DNA of 64,000 bases from a virus. The position numbers and the translations under genes were made by a program. The DNA lies in IMG/VR virus record IMGVR_UViG_3300020420_001038, positions 1 to 64,000 of that record; one strand, written 5' to 3'. The notes beneath the pieces were generated by a model that saw only the letters and a program-made list of their open reading frames with translations, searched no databases and had not been told where the DNA came from. How positions within the stretch are numbered: position 1 is the first letter of the stretch; each line of letters opens with the position of its first letter. Positions 47,841-56,893 of this stretch are shown piece by piece.

Positions 47841-50800
47841 TCGTTTTTAATATATTTTTTACCCGTAAGTTTTTCAATATCTCTAATCATTTCTTCCATG
47901 TTGACCCTTACAGTTTTGCCTGTTTTTGTATTTCTTGAGAAGTATTCCCATTCGCCTTGTTCGTTGTGCGGAGATATCTTAGTAACGTTACCTGCTTCAT
48001 CACGCACAAAAACTTCTGCACTTGATGATTCATCCTTGGCGTAGATGTGTGCGATATTGGCGGTTGTAGATGGATCACTTGCTAATACACCCAGTTCAAC
48101 GTGTCCTGTAACTCTTAAACTGGTGTCATTCAATAACTGTAAACTGTCTGATCTAAATCTACCTGAAATGTTGTTTGATCCATTTTTTAAGAATGCAAAT
48201 TCTAATATACCGTCCTCAGATCCGTCACTTGCATCTAAAATCTTACCTGTAATTTTTGCATAGTTAATTTCTTGATCGTTGTCATTTTCGCCTTTGAATT
48301 TTATCTGTCCTAAGTAGTCAGCATCTGCTGGACTAGAACTATTTCTCTTCAATGATATTACCGGTCCTGCTGTGCTTGAATCTTCTGTTGTGGTAATTGT
48401 TAATGAATCATCTGTTGTTGTATTTGTTATTGTCTGGCTTCCCAATACCGCTACCGCACCTGTTCCTTGAGGGTCAAGAGTGATGTTTGCATTAGAAGCC
48501 GGTGATTGGATCGTATCAGTTAACACACCTGCTGTGAATGTTTTTTGTCCTGAGATTGTTTGATTGTTACTTGTTAAAACAGATAATGAAGTTGATGCAC
48601 CCGCCGGGTTACGTAGCAACTGGACTCTAAATCCATTTACAGTTGTTGATCCACCGCTGGTGCTCGATGCACTTAAAGATACAGTTGAGCCACTTAAAGA
48701 TGCTGTAAATTCTAGTTGGTCAGTTCCTTTAGTTGATACTTGTGGTGCAGTTGTTACATATGCGTCAGTTCCATCTGTGACAACAAATACCTCACTTATC
48801 GATGCGGCGGATTCTGAACTGTTGTTACCGACTACAACATAGTGGGCACCATTGAAAGAATCTGTACTGAACGTATCAACCTCTGTTGCCGAACTTGACA
48901 CAGTGACCTGGCCGATAGTTTTTGTGTTGTCACTGGTTGCATCTGATTCTGAATCACCTAATAGTACTCTATACATTTTGACTGCGGTGTTTGGTTCATT
49001 TCCTGATGCCCTCAGTCTCACAGAACCACTATCTATGTCTGCTGATAAAGATATCAAAGCATTACTTCCTGTGAAAATGTCATTGAACACTGTGATAAAT
49101 GCATCTGTACCGTTGTGTACAACCAAGCATTCTATATTGTTTAATTCTGTTTTTGTTGAATTGTTTGCACTGATGTAATATTTTGCACCTCTGTATGATG
49201 ATGCCGACCATGTATCAAGATTTTCAGTAGCACTGTCTACATCTGTGTTGATAATTGTTGCGGTGTTTCCTGAACTGGACGCTGATGTATTGTCACCAAG
49301 ACCTATTCTGAAAAACTTGACAGAGTTTACGTCTGCTGTACCTGTACCTCTTAATCTGACCGTTGAGCCAGATATGTCTGCATCGAAAGCCACTTGAGTA
49401 TTTGATCCTGACCTTACTATACCACCTGTACTAGTAAAAGCATCTGTGTCGTTGTGTACTAAACTGACTGTCTGTGTAGCAATTTCGTCATTGATTTCAT
49501 CTCTGGTTACCATCTGATAGAATGCACTATCAAAAGATGTTTTGTCAAACGTGTCTACGTTCACTGCTGTTGTAGAAATACTCGTTGCTTCGCCTGTTGT
49601 AGTACCACTTGCTTCAGTTGCCGTTGCCGTTTTGGCAATGTTTACCCAACCCGATGTGTCATATCTTTCATAACTGTCGGTCGAGGTGTTGTAACGTATC
49701 ATACCTGTTGCGTTTAATGACGGTCTCTGTGCTGTTGTGCCTTTTGGAATTGTTAATGCACCCGGTTCTAATTTCAAATTGTTGTGTGTGATATATAAAT
49801 CATCGGATGTTTGCCCGTTTGCCCTGTAAATGTTATTGGCTTCAAAAGACAATCTTGCAAAAAATATTTTTGTGTTTGGATTACAACTTGCTCTTAATCT
49901 TGCTTTGCCGCCGGACACATCTGCTGAAAATGTTGCCAATGTGTTGTTTGCCGAAAGTACAAAACTTTCAGAAATTGTTGCATCTGTGCCTGCACTATTC
50001 ACAGTCATTGTAATTTCTGAGTTTTGATATTCAGATCCCGATTCCATTGTTATGAAATATCTTGCTGTTTTAAATTTGAACACGTCAAAACTGTCTACTG
50101 TTTCAACAGCACTGTCTATGTCTTTTTTGATTCCGTAATGGAAGTTATCAAACTCTCCTAATTTGGTTTTAGTTCCTAAATCCTGTCTGTATAATACTGC
50201 TGTACCTGTTGTGTTTCCTCCAGACAGAGAACTTAATGTTACTGTCTGTCCTGATATTGTGCCTGTAAAACTATGTAACGGTGTACCTCTGCTTGACACC
50301 ATTGCGTAATCATCATGATACACTGTTGTTCCGTCATGTACTAAACTTTTTTCAGATATTTGATAATCTCCTGATGTATCATCTTTGATTAGGATGACAT
50401 ATTTTGCTCCTCGTATATCTGTTTTTGTAAATTGATCTAATGTTGTAGCAGTTGATCCAATGTTTGTAGATGTTGCAATTATTTTTGAGTTTGTGTTTGC
50501 AACAGTTTCGTGATGATCTCCCAATGCTATTCTATAAAATCGTAGGTTTGTATGAGTAGAAGTATTAGTCGCCGCGGATAATTGCACAACATCTCCGGAT
50601 ATTGCGACAGTGAAGTCTACTATTCTCGTTGAGTCTTCGTTGACATTGTATACTGAGATATATGGTGTAGTATCATCATGGATAATTGAAACTTTTAAGT
50701 GTCCAACAAAATTGTTTGTTTGGTCTTCCACTGCAACATCGTATATTGCACCTCTAAATTCTTTGATATCAAATTCATCAACAACTGCTGATGTTGTATC

Positions 50801-51667
50801 TAGTTTGTAATAATTGAATTGTTTTACCGCTGTGTTGTTACCGCCACCTCCGCCACCAGATTCTGCAAATGATAATGCACCCGAACCGTCTGTTTGTAAC
50901 ACTTGTCCGTTACTGCCATCTGCTGTTGGCAATGAGTACGCACCACTTATGGTTACAACTCCTGCTGACGATACTGCAAATTTTTCACTGGCGCCATTGG
51001 CATAGTGACTGGTAGCACTAGGTTTAGTCCCGCCACCTGCATCACCTCCAACACTTACAGTAAAGCCACCGGATGCTGTGCCAAATTTTATTGAACCGTT
51101 GGTGTCAGACATCACCATGCTGTTGTTTGCGTCAGTGCTGTGTATGTATAGAGGTATGTCCGAAGCGGTGTTTATTGTTAATGTGTTGAGAGCAGTGTAA
51201 CTGGCATCCGCGGTTCCTATACCAATGATACCACCCTCACTCATGTCAATTGTAACTGGTGATATTTCAGTACCACCATCGTTGCCTCTGAATATTAGAT
51301 CTTTATCTGATACGTTTGCTTTGACAACAAAATTATCATTGTCGTTTGTTAGGTAACCAAATTGTGTGCCGCCACCTTTTTTAAGTATAATATCACCTCC
51401 AGCCGCATCTAAGAAAATATCGGCTGAATCATTTATATAAAAGTTTGTTGAAGTAACTAGGTTTGTTTCTAGGCCAGTTGATGCCGCTAGTGTTACTGCT
51501 GTGGCCGTTCCTGCCACTTGTAATTCTGTTGAAGGTTCTGAAGTACCAATTCCTACTCGTGAGTTTGTGACATCGAGGTACAGTAGGTTTGTTTCAAATG
51601 CAAGGTCGACGCCATTCCTAGTCAGATTGGACTTTAATACCGACCCTGTTATACGACCTATGGCCAT
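47837..51667 (-). CDS. Large fibre/appendage protein with six internal repeats
   Basis: MAIGRITG N-terminal module, IPKGTTAQRP module, and six roughly 100-aa beta repeats. Confidence 0.75.
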   Translation of the reverse strand: MAIGRITGSVLKSNLTRNGVDLAFETNLLYLDVTNSRVGIGTSEPSTELQVAGTATAVTLAASTGLETNLVTSTNFYINDSADIFLDAAGGDIILKKGGGTQFGYLTNDNDNFVVKANVSDKDLIFRGNDGGTEISPVTIDMSEGGIIGIGTADASYTALNTLTINTASDIPLYIHSTDANNSMVMSDTNGSIKFGTASGGFTVSVGGDAGGGTKPSATSHYANGASEKFAVSSAGVVTISGAYSLPTADGSNGQVLQTDGSGALSFAESGGGGGGNNTAVKQFNYYKLDTTSAVVDEFDIKEFRGAIYDVAVEDQTNNFVGHLKVSIIHDDTTPYISVYNVNEDSTRIVDFTVAISGDVVQLSAATNTSTHTNLRFYRIALGDHHETVANTNSKIIATSTNIGSTATTLDQFTKTDIRGAKYVILIKDDTSGDYQISEKSLVHDGTTVYHDDYAMVSSRGTPLHSFTGTISGQTVTLSSLSGGNTTGTAVLYRQDLGTKTKLGEFDNFHYGIKKDIDSAVETVDSFDVFKFKTARYFITMESGSEYQNSEITMTVNSAGTDATISESFVLSANNTLATFSADVSGGKARLRASCNPNTKIFFARLSFEANNIYRANGQTSDDLYITHNNLKLEPGALTIPKGTTAQRPSLNATGMIRYNTSTDSYERYDTSGWVNIAKTATATEASGTTTGEATSISTTAVNVDTFDKTSFDSAFYQMVTRDEINDEIATQTVSLVHNDTDAFTSTGGIVRSGSNTQVAFDADISGSTVRLRGTGTADVNSVKFFRIGLGDNTSASSSGNTATIINTDVDSATENLDTWSASSYRGAKYYISANNSTKTELNNIECLVVHNGTDAFITVFNDIFTGSNALISLSADIDSGSVRLRASGNEPNTAVKMYRVLLGDSESDATSDNTKTIGQVTVSSSATEVDTFSTDSFNGAHYVVVGNNSSESAASISEVFVVTDGTDAYVTTAPQVSTKGTDQLEFTASLSGSTVSLSASSTSGGSTTVNGFRVQLLRNPAGASTSLSVLTSNNQTISGQKTFTAGVLTDTIQSPASNANITLDPQGTGAVAVLGSQTITNTTTDDSLTITTTEDSSTAGPVISLKRNSSSPADADYLGQIKFKGENDNDQEINYAKITGKILDASDGSEDGILEFAFLKNGSNNISGRFRSDSLQLLNDTSLRVTGHVELGVLASDPSTTANIAHIYAKDESSSAEVFVRDEAGNVTKISPHNEQGEWEYFSRNTKTGKTVRVNMEEMIRDIEKLTGKKYIKND

Positions 51668-51694
51668 ACTTGGGTACTCCTTATAATAATGTTA

Positions 51695-51742
51695 GTACAG
51701 CAATACACCGTACACAGCCTGATATCATTGCCGGCTGACCAC
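51695..51742 (-). ncRNA. Candidate structured 5' leader RNA (two hairpins, possible pseudoknot)
   Basis: CAGCC/GGCUG and GUACGG/CUGUAC stems between TAAATA (51751-51756) and the AAGGAG SD. Confidence 0.4.
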
Positions 51743-51769
51743 AGTAATAGTATTTATCGGCTGTTTGCT

Positions 51770-52006
51770 TTAGGCTCCTATTACAAGGAAATGGCACCAT
51801 CTGGGTGGCAACCATTGCAATAGCCATGCTCTATTCCTGTATAATGGGTATAGGTGTTCCAGACTTATTTGGTCCAAGTTTTTAAATTGTACTCTAAAAT
51901 ATGGATAATCACAAGAAGTGAATATTAGGTCATAATCATCTTGTGTGCCTTTGTACACTCTAATTTGTAGGTGACGATACCTTTTACTCTTGATTAATTT
52001 TTTCAC
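51770..52006 (-). CDS. Small basic hypothetical protein downstream of the riboswitch
   Basis: GTG start at 52006 with GAGGGAG SD; 78 aa. Confidence 0.65.
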   Translation of the reverse strand: MKKLIKSKRYRHLQIRVYKGTQDDYDLIFTSCDYPYFRVQFKNLDQISLEHLYPLYRNRAWLLQWLPPRWCHFLVIGA

Positions 52007-52024
52007 GCACTTCTCCCTCAAAGT

Positions 52025-52066
52025 GCGTTCCTTCGGTTTCCCTACTTCCGTCCTATTGGATGAACG
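52025..52066 (-). ncRNA. Glutamine riboswitch (glnA RNA motif, class I)
   Basis: CGUUCAUCC-AAUA-GGACGGAAGUAGG-GAAA-CCGAAGGAACGC: P1 CGUUC/GAACG, P2 UCC/GGA, AGUA/GAA E-loop and P3 with GAAA tetraloop; TATAAATA 6 nt upstream. Confidence 0.82.
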
Positions 52067-52088
52067 TAAAAATATTTATAAAAGTCAC

Positions 52089-52119
52089 AAAAAAAGGGCG
52101 ACATAAAGCCGCCCTTTTG
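52089..52119 (-). terminator. Rho-independent terminator insulating the riboswitch unit
   Basis: AAAAGGGCGGC-TTTAT-GTCGCCCTTTTTTT. Confidence 0.85.
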
Positions 52120-52143
52120 TCTACTAAAAAGTATGAATATTTA

Positions 52144-53157
52144 TTAGTTGTTTGTTCTTACAACGCAATTTACCAAACCAATACCTTCGTCGGATTTGTT
52201 TTCTAATGCTCTTCCGATTACGTTAAATGGACTGATACTTTCGCCAGTTGCCGCCGCTCTCGCACATCCTTTGATGCTTGATGTTACAAGTCTTTGACCT
52301 TTTGTTACTGATCCAGTTGTTCTTACTGGTGCTCTTCCTGTCATTGCAACAAATGGATGACTGTCGCCGTTTCCTGCCGCCGCGTTCATCATGTATGCTG
52401 GTTTAGTAGATACCACACCAAATACATTGTCAGATAAATCTGATGTTGTTTCAGTGATTTCTGCTGTACCGCCTACTGTTACTACTGCGCCTTCTCCCAT
52501 AGGAGCGTCTGCTTCAAATCTTTCACCTAAGTCAGCGTAAGAAGCCGAAGTTGCTCTTGCGTGGATTACGTTTGCTCTTATATCCACTAGTGCGTCAATA
52601 TCACCTGGGTTCATACCTCTACCTGCTGTCCAGGCACCGCCTGCATTTCCAAAAGTAGTTGTACCGTCATCAGAGTATGATTCATCCCATACCCAGAAAA
52701 GATCGTTTTCTGTGGCACTTGATGCGTCACCTCTGTTAACTTTCAAACCTGATAATGTTGGCATTCCAGAGTTTGAAGAAACGTTTCTGTTTACTTCGAT
52801 GATGTTGTCTTCAACTGAAAGTGTCGCTGTGTTAATAATTGTTTGTGTACCGTCTACTGTTAGGTTTCCGTGTACTCTTACACCGTCATCTGTTACAGTC
52901 AATTCAGCATTACCGTCTGCTGTAATTATAATTGTACCATTTGTTCCTGTGTCAGTTACTGCTACCGAACTGTTTAATTGTGCGATACTGTTTTGTGATA
53001 GACCCGCTAATGAGTCATCAACATATTTTTTGTTTGCTAACTGCCCGTCTGCTGTTGGAGCCGACGTTGTGTTACCATGAATAGTGTTTGCACTTGCTGA
53101 TATTACTATATCACCAACTGAAATACCATTATGTACTCTAAAGTTACGTGTTGTCAT
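52144..53157 (-). CDS. Fibre protein with C-terminal intramolecular-chaperone-like domain
   Basis: ANKKYVD, LSVEDNII and SYADLGERF...VAMTGRAPV...KGQRLV...IGRALE motifs. Confidence 0.7.
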   Translation of the reverse strand: MTTRNFRVHNGISVGDIVISASANTIHGNTTSAPTADGQLANKKYVDDSLAGLSQNSIAQLNSSVAVTDTGTNGTIIITADGNAELTVTDDGVRVHGNLTVDGTQTIINTATLSVEDNIIEVNRNVSSNSGMPTLSGLKVNRGDASSATENDLFWVWDESYSDDGTTTFGNAGGAWTAGRGMNPGDIDALVDIRANVIHARATSASYADLGERFEADAPMGEGAVVTVGGTAEITETTSDLSDNVFGVVSTKPAYMMNAAAGNGDSHPFVAMTGRAPVRTTGSVTKGQRLVTSSIKGCARAAATGESISPFNVIGRALENKSDEGIGLVNCVVRTNN

Positions 53158-53204
53158 AGTTCCATGTTTCCCTTATGATTTATATTAATATAAAGTTAAG
53201 TCGT

Positions 53205-53245
53205 AAAAAAACGCCCTAACAGTTGTATTTACCATTAGGGCGTTT
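53205..53245 (-). terminator. Terminator-like hairpin with TAAATA in its loop
   Basis: AAACGCCCTAA/TTAGGGCGTTT 11-bp stem ending in a T7 run. Confidence 0.6.
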
Positions 53246-53277
53246 AAAATTATCTGTAAGGTATATTCTCTACCGGA

Positions 53278-54888
53278 TTACGCCGCTAGTGAAGATTGTA
53301 CAGTAGCCGCCGTTGTGCCTCCTGTACTTGTTGCCTGTATGTTCACTGTTCCTGAATCATATACTGCTGTTACTGTCGCCAAGTCTGTTGAACCTGAGTT
53401 AGTAATACCGTAAACAGTTATGAATGCAGTTGTACCGTTGTGTACAACAGTTGCTTTCATGCTTGAGTATTCAGAGTTTGAAGAGTCTTGTAAGACTATA
53501 AACAATTCTGCCGCTCTGTATGTAGATGCATTGAAACTCATAATTGTTGTAGCAGTTGATGTGAAGTTCACTGAACTTGTTTCAGTTCTTGCAACACCAC
53601 CTGATGCTAAAGCAGTATTATCAAAACCAGTTATCGCAAATATTCTTGCACCACTGTGTGGAGCAGAAGTAAATGTAATGTTTGTTCCTGATACTGTGTA
53701 GTTTTCAGTTGGTTCTTGGTATACGTTGTCAATGAAGACAAGTACGTTAGCCACCGCCGCCGGCGCTGAACTGAAGAAACCTGTGAATGTTGTAGTTGAT
53801 CCGTCACCTGTTCCCGATACTTTAGAAATAGTTGGTGTGTCACCTGCTATCGCCAAGTTAACATAAGTTGAACCATCTTGACAGCCTTCGTATTGTCCTG
53901 TCTGTGAGTTGAATCTTATGATACCAGTTGCCGCAGTCGGTCTTGCCGCTGTGTTACCAACCGGAAGTCTAAACGCATCAGTCGAACCTGACATGTCAAG
54001 TTCGTAAACCGGTGAACTAGTGTTGATACCAATTGCATCTGCTGAACCATCTAAAAAGAATTGGTGCGTGTTTGCCGCCGATTCCATTCTGAAGTCAAGA
54101 TCGTTTGCTGATGCTTCATTGAAGACAACTGCTCTTGAGAACGTAGCACCACCTGTGATGTTTGCGTTCAAGTCTGCGTAAGAGTCAATTGTAACGTTAC
54201 CTGCTGTTGTACCATCCTCTGAAGCCGAAACTGCCGCAACAAATTCGTCTGCTGATTCGTCCCAAATGAATACTACGTTTGCATCAGATCCTCTGTTAAA
54301 GAATATACCTTGGTCAAACGTGTTAGCCGCTCCACCTGAGTTATTCTTTGCTAATTGAATTAGCGGATCTTCAATTGTTAATGTTGTTGAGTCAATGGTA
54401 GTTGTTGTACCATTTACAGTCAAGTTTCCTGTGACTGTCAAGTTTGATGTTATACCACCTGAAGTAAATGAAAGTCCACCTGCTCCGATTGTAGCAATCT
54501 CAGATCCTGCCACGTCGAATCTAATTACGTCTTCGTCTGAACTTTCTTCTACTTGGATTTTTGTATCTTCGTCAGCGTCTTGAATTGCTGAACCTGATGC
54601 CAAGTTTTTGTAGGCACCGCCGGCATAACCTTCGATTGTTCCAATCGTTGTGTTATATCTTATATCACCGTTTGCTGGCGATCCCGGTCTCTGTCCTGTT
54701 GTACCTGATGGTAACCTTAGTGAGTCAGTTGCTGAGATGTGTAAGGTAGTAGCCGGTGAAGCCGTTCCAATACCTACTCTGCTGTTACTGACATCCAAGG
54801 CTAATAAATTTGTTTCAAATGTTAAATCAGTACCTGACCTTGCCAAGTTACTGGATAACATCTGTCCTGTTATTCGTCCTATTGCCAT
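53278..54888 (-). CDS. Modular fibre/appendage protein
   Basis: MAIGRITG module, two LP.G.T..RP modules, GDGSTTTF module and one C-terminal repeat domain. Confidence 0.75.
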   Translation of the reverse strand: MAIGRITGQMLSSNLARSGTDLTFETNLLALDVSNSRVGIGTASPATTLHISATDSLRLPSGTTGQRPGSPANGDIRYNTTIGTIEGYAGGAYKNLASGSAIQDADEDTKIQVEESSDEDVIRFDVAGSEIATIGAGGLSFTSGGITSNLTVTGNLTVNGTTTTIDSTTLTIEDPLIQLAKNNSGGAANTFDQGIFFNRGSDANVVFIWDESADEFVAAVSASEDGTTAGNVTIDSYADLNANITGGATFSRAVVFNEASANDLDFRMESAANTHQFFLDGSADAIGINTSSPVYELDMSGSTDAFRLPVGNTAARPTAATGIIRFNSQTGQYEGCQDGSTYVNLAIAGDTPTISKVSGTGDGSTTTFTGFFSSAPAAVANVLVFIDNVYQEPTENYTVSGTNITFTSAPHSGARIFAITGFDNTALASGGVARTETSSVNFTSTATTIMSFNASTYRAAELFIVLQDSSNSEYSSMKATVVHNGTTAFITVYGITNSGSTDLATVTAVYDSGTVNIQATSTGGTTAATVQSSLAA

Positions 54889-54985
54889 TTTAATTTCCCC
54901 TTATCGCGATAATTTTAGTTTGTTTTAAAACTATGAATATTTATCGGATTGTGCTATAATTTGAGTGTTAAATACCGCTAACGAC

Positions 54986-55525
54986 ATGAAAAACACGTAT
55001 ATTACAGTAGTTGGAAATATGCCAGTCAAGTTTGACTTGGACCAAGCGAAGCATCTGGGGCCTTTGATAGGGTCTAGCAACAGCAATAAAACAGTGGTAT
55101 TTGACTATGCAACCGTAAACAGCGAATTAAACCTACAAGACATGTTAAATTCAACCCATTTCAAGGATTGTGAAATCCTCACAACGGAAGAATTATATAA
55201 AAAATACCTTTTTTTCGATGGTGTTTGCAATATGCCAATGTTTCCCGGCATCAAAAGTTTTGATATAGACCAAGAAAATTGCAGTCCACAGACTCTCAGT
55301 TTGCTTTTAGCGGTATATCTTAAAAAGCCTGTGATATTTTTATTAGGATACGACATCTCTAATCCAACAGAACTAACCAGATTAAAAAGTATTGCACTGT
55401 CCAACCCAGATACCAAGTTTATGTACATATGTAATCCACCAAGAACCTATCAATTAGATGATTTGTCAAACGGATTTTGTGATACCTACATCAAGTTTCA
55501 GGAGTTGATTGATCGTGAAAAATAA
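54986..55525 (+). CDS. Degenerate DUF115/Maf-like protein
   Basis: ITVVGN...IFLLGYD layout like ORF 12345-13097; TAAATA upstream. Confidence 0.45.
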   Translation: MKNTYITVVGNMPVKFDLDQAKHLGPLIGSSNSNKTVVFDYATVNSELNLQDMLNSTHFKDCEILTTEELYKKYLFFDGVCNMPMFPGIKSFDIDQENCSPQTLSLLLAVYLKKPVIFLLGYDISNPTELTRLKSIALSNPDTKFMYICNPPRTYQLDDLSNGFCDTYIKFQELIDREK

Positions 55526-55877
55526 AATATTTTACAAATACAGTCTCAAGGTAAGATGGCCAGCAACCTGTAGAAATAGAAGTGTTGAAGTGTTGAAAGA
55601 ACGCCCCGATCTTATAGAACAAATGAATAACTTTAGGCAAAAAATTGATACAGTGTTGAAAATAGTTTGCAGAAAAAATTATCAAGTGGATGGTTCACAT
55701 TCTATGACAGGAGTAAGACTTTGGTTTGAGTCGGGTCAAGATTCTTATGAATTTATTATTAGACAACCTGAATTCGAGTGGGAGATTGTTCCGGAGATAT
55801 CAGTAATAAATGTGATTACAAGCCAACTACAAACGTTTCAGATAGTTTACACACCTACAGGTGTCGTAATAGATTAA
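55509..55877 (+). CDS. Hypothetical protein
   Basis: 122-aa ORF overlapping the upstream gene. Confidence 0.55.
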   Translation: MIVKNKIFYKYSLKVRWPATCRNRSVEVLKERPDLIEQMNNFRQKIDTVLKIVCRKNYQVDGSHSMTGVRLWFESGQDSYEFIIRQPEFEWEIVPEISVINVITSQLQTFQIVYTPTGVVID

Positions 55878-56893
55878 TCAGCAAACCCGTGCATGACAAC
55901 AATTCTTGCACCTGTGTGTGCGGCCTCACCAGCAGTTGTGACAGTGGTTCCGCTCATTGTATAATTGGTTGTTGGTTCCTGCATCACTCCATCAATATAT
56001 ACGATAACATTTTTAGCATCGGTAGGAGTTGTACTCATTGTGAATGACGTTGTTGATCCATCGCCAGTAAAAATATCTTTTGTAATAGTTCCTGCAACTG
56101 CTTCAGTTCTCAAAGCAGTGTAAGTTGATCCATCTTCTGATACTTCATATTTTCCTGTTGTGGTGTTGAATCTTATCACACCTTCCTGAGCACTTGGCCT
56201 TTCAGCAGTGGTACCTGTTGGTAGAACTACACCTGAATTTGCACTGAACACATATTGTCCTGTACCGGTAGTACCAAAACTCATATCGGCATTTGTTGAA
56301 ATATTGTTTATTGCGTTGTCGCTGAATTCAGTGTTGCCTGTACTTGCACTTATATTCTGTACACCAATTGGCCCAACATATCTTGCACCACAGATGTAAA
56401 CGGATTTGCCTGAAAAATTAACGCCATTTGGCAAATTAGCACCTATGAAATGTAGTACTCCTGATTGATAATCAAAAAACCATTCGTCGTCGTTACCTGA
56501 TCCAGTGGCAAAGAGTTGTGATCCACCTGATGCGGCATTGCCGGCATCTCCTGATGTGTGTACATAAACTTTTACTTGATAAGTTGATCCAAACTCCGGT
56601 GGTATCCAATCAGTTAATCCTGTTTTCCATGTTCTGTTTGCGGCCGCTGTACCGTCATTAGTGGTTTCATCAGGAGCACTGGCAGGATAAACAGTAACTA
56701 TACCCGCACTTGAGGCTGGTTGAGTCGCTGGTATGTTGTTTGCTTCTGTCCAAACTTTGTCACCTCTTAATAATAAAGGAGATGCAATGGCTTCGTTGGG
56801 TGCTTTCTTGGCCGCATTGGTGTCTGTCTTTGTTGCCGCATAACCAATTTTCTTCCAAAGATAATCTACTTTTTTTGCGTCAGTTATTGCCAT
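55874..56893 (-). CDS. Virion structural protein (fibre module)
   Basis: WFFDYQSGVL, LPTGTTAERP and GDGSTTSF modules. Confidence 0.7.
   Translation of the reverse strand: MAITDAKKVDYLWKKIGYAATKTDTNAAKKAPNEAIASPLLLRGDKVWTEANNIPATQPASSAGIVTVYPASAPDETTNDGTAAANRTWKTGLTDWIPPEFGSTYQVKVYVHTSGDAGNAASGGSQLFATGSGNDDEWFFDYQSGVLHFIGANLPNGVNFSGKSVYICGARYVGPIGVQNISASTGNTEFSDNAINNISTNADMSFGTTGTGQYVFSANSGVVLPTGTTAERPSAQEGVIRFNTTTGKYEVSEDGSTYTALRTEAVAGTITKDIFTGDGSTTSFTMSTTPTDAKNVIVYIDGVMQEPTTNYTMSGTTVTTAGEAAHTGARIVVMHGFAD

Noticed and set aside
52007-52021. TTG start given for ORF 51770-52021
   Set aside because: It lies within the riboswitch expression platform upstream of the SD; GTG at 52006 has a properly placed GAGGGAG.
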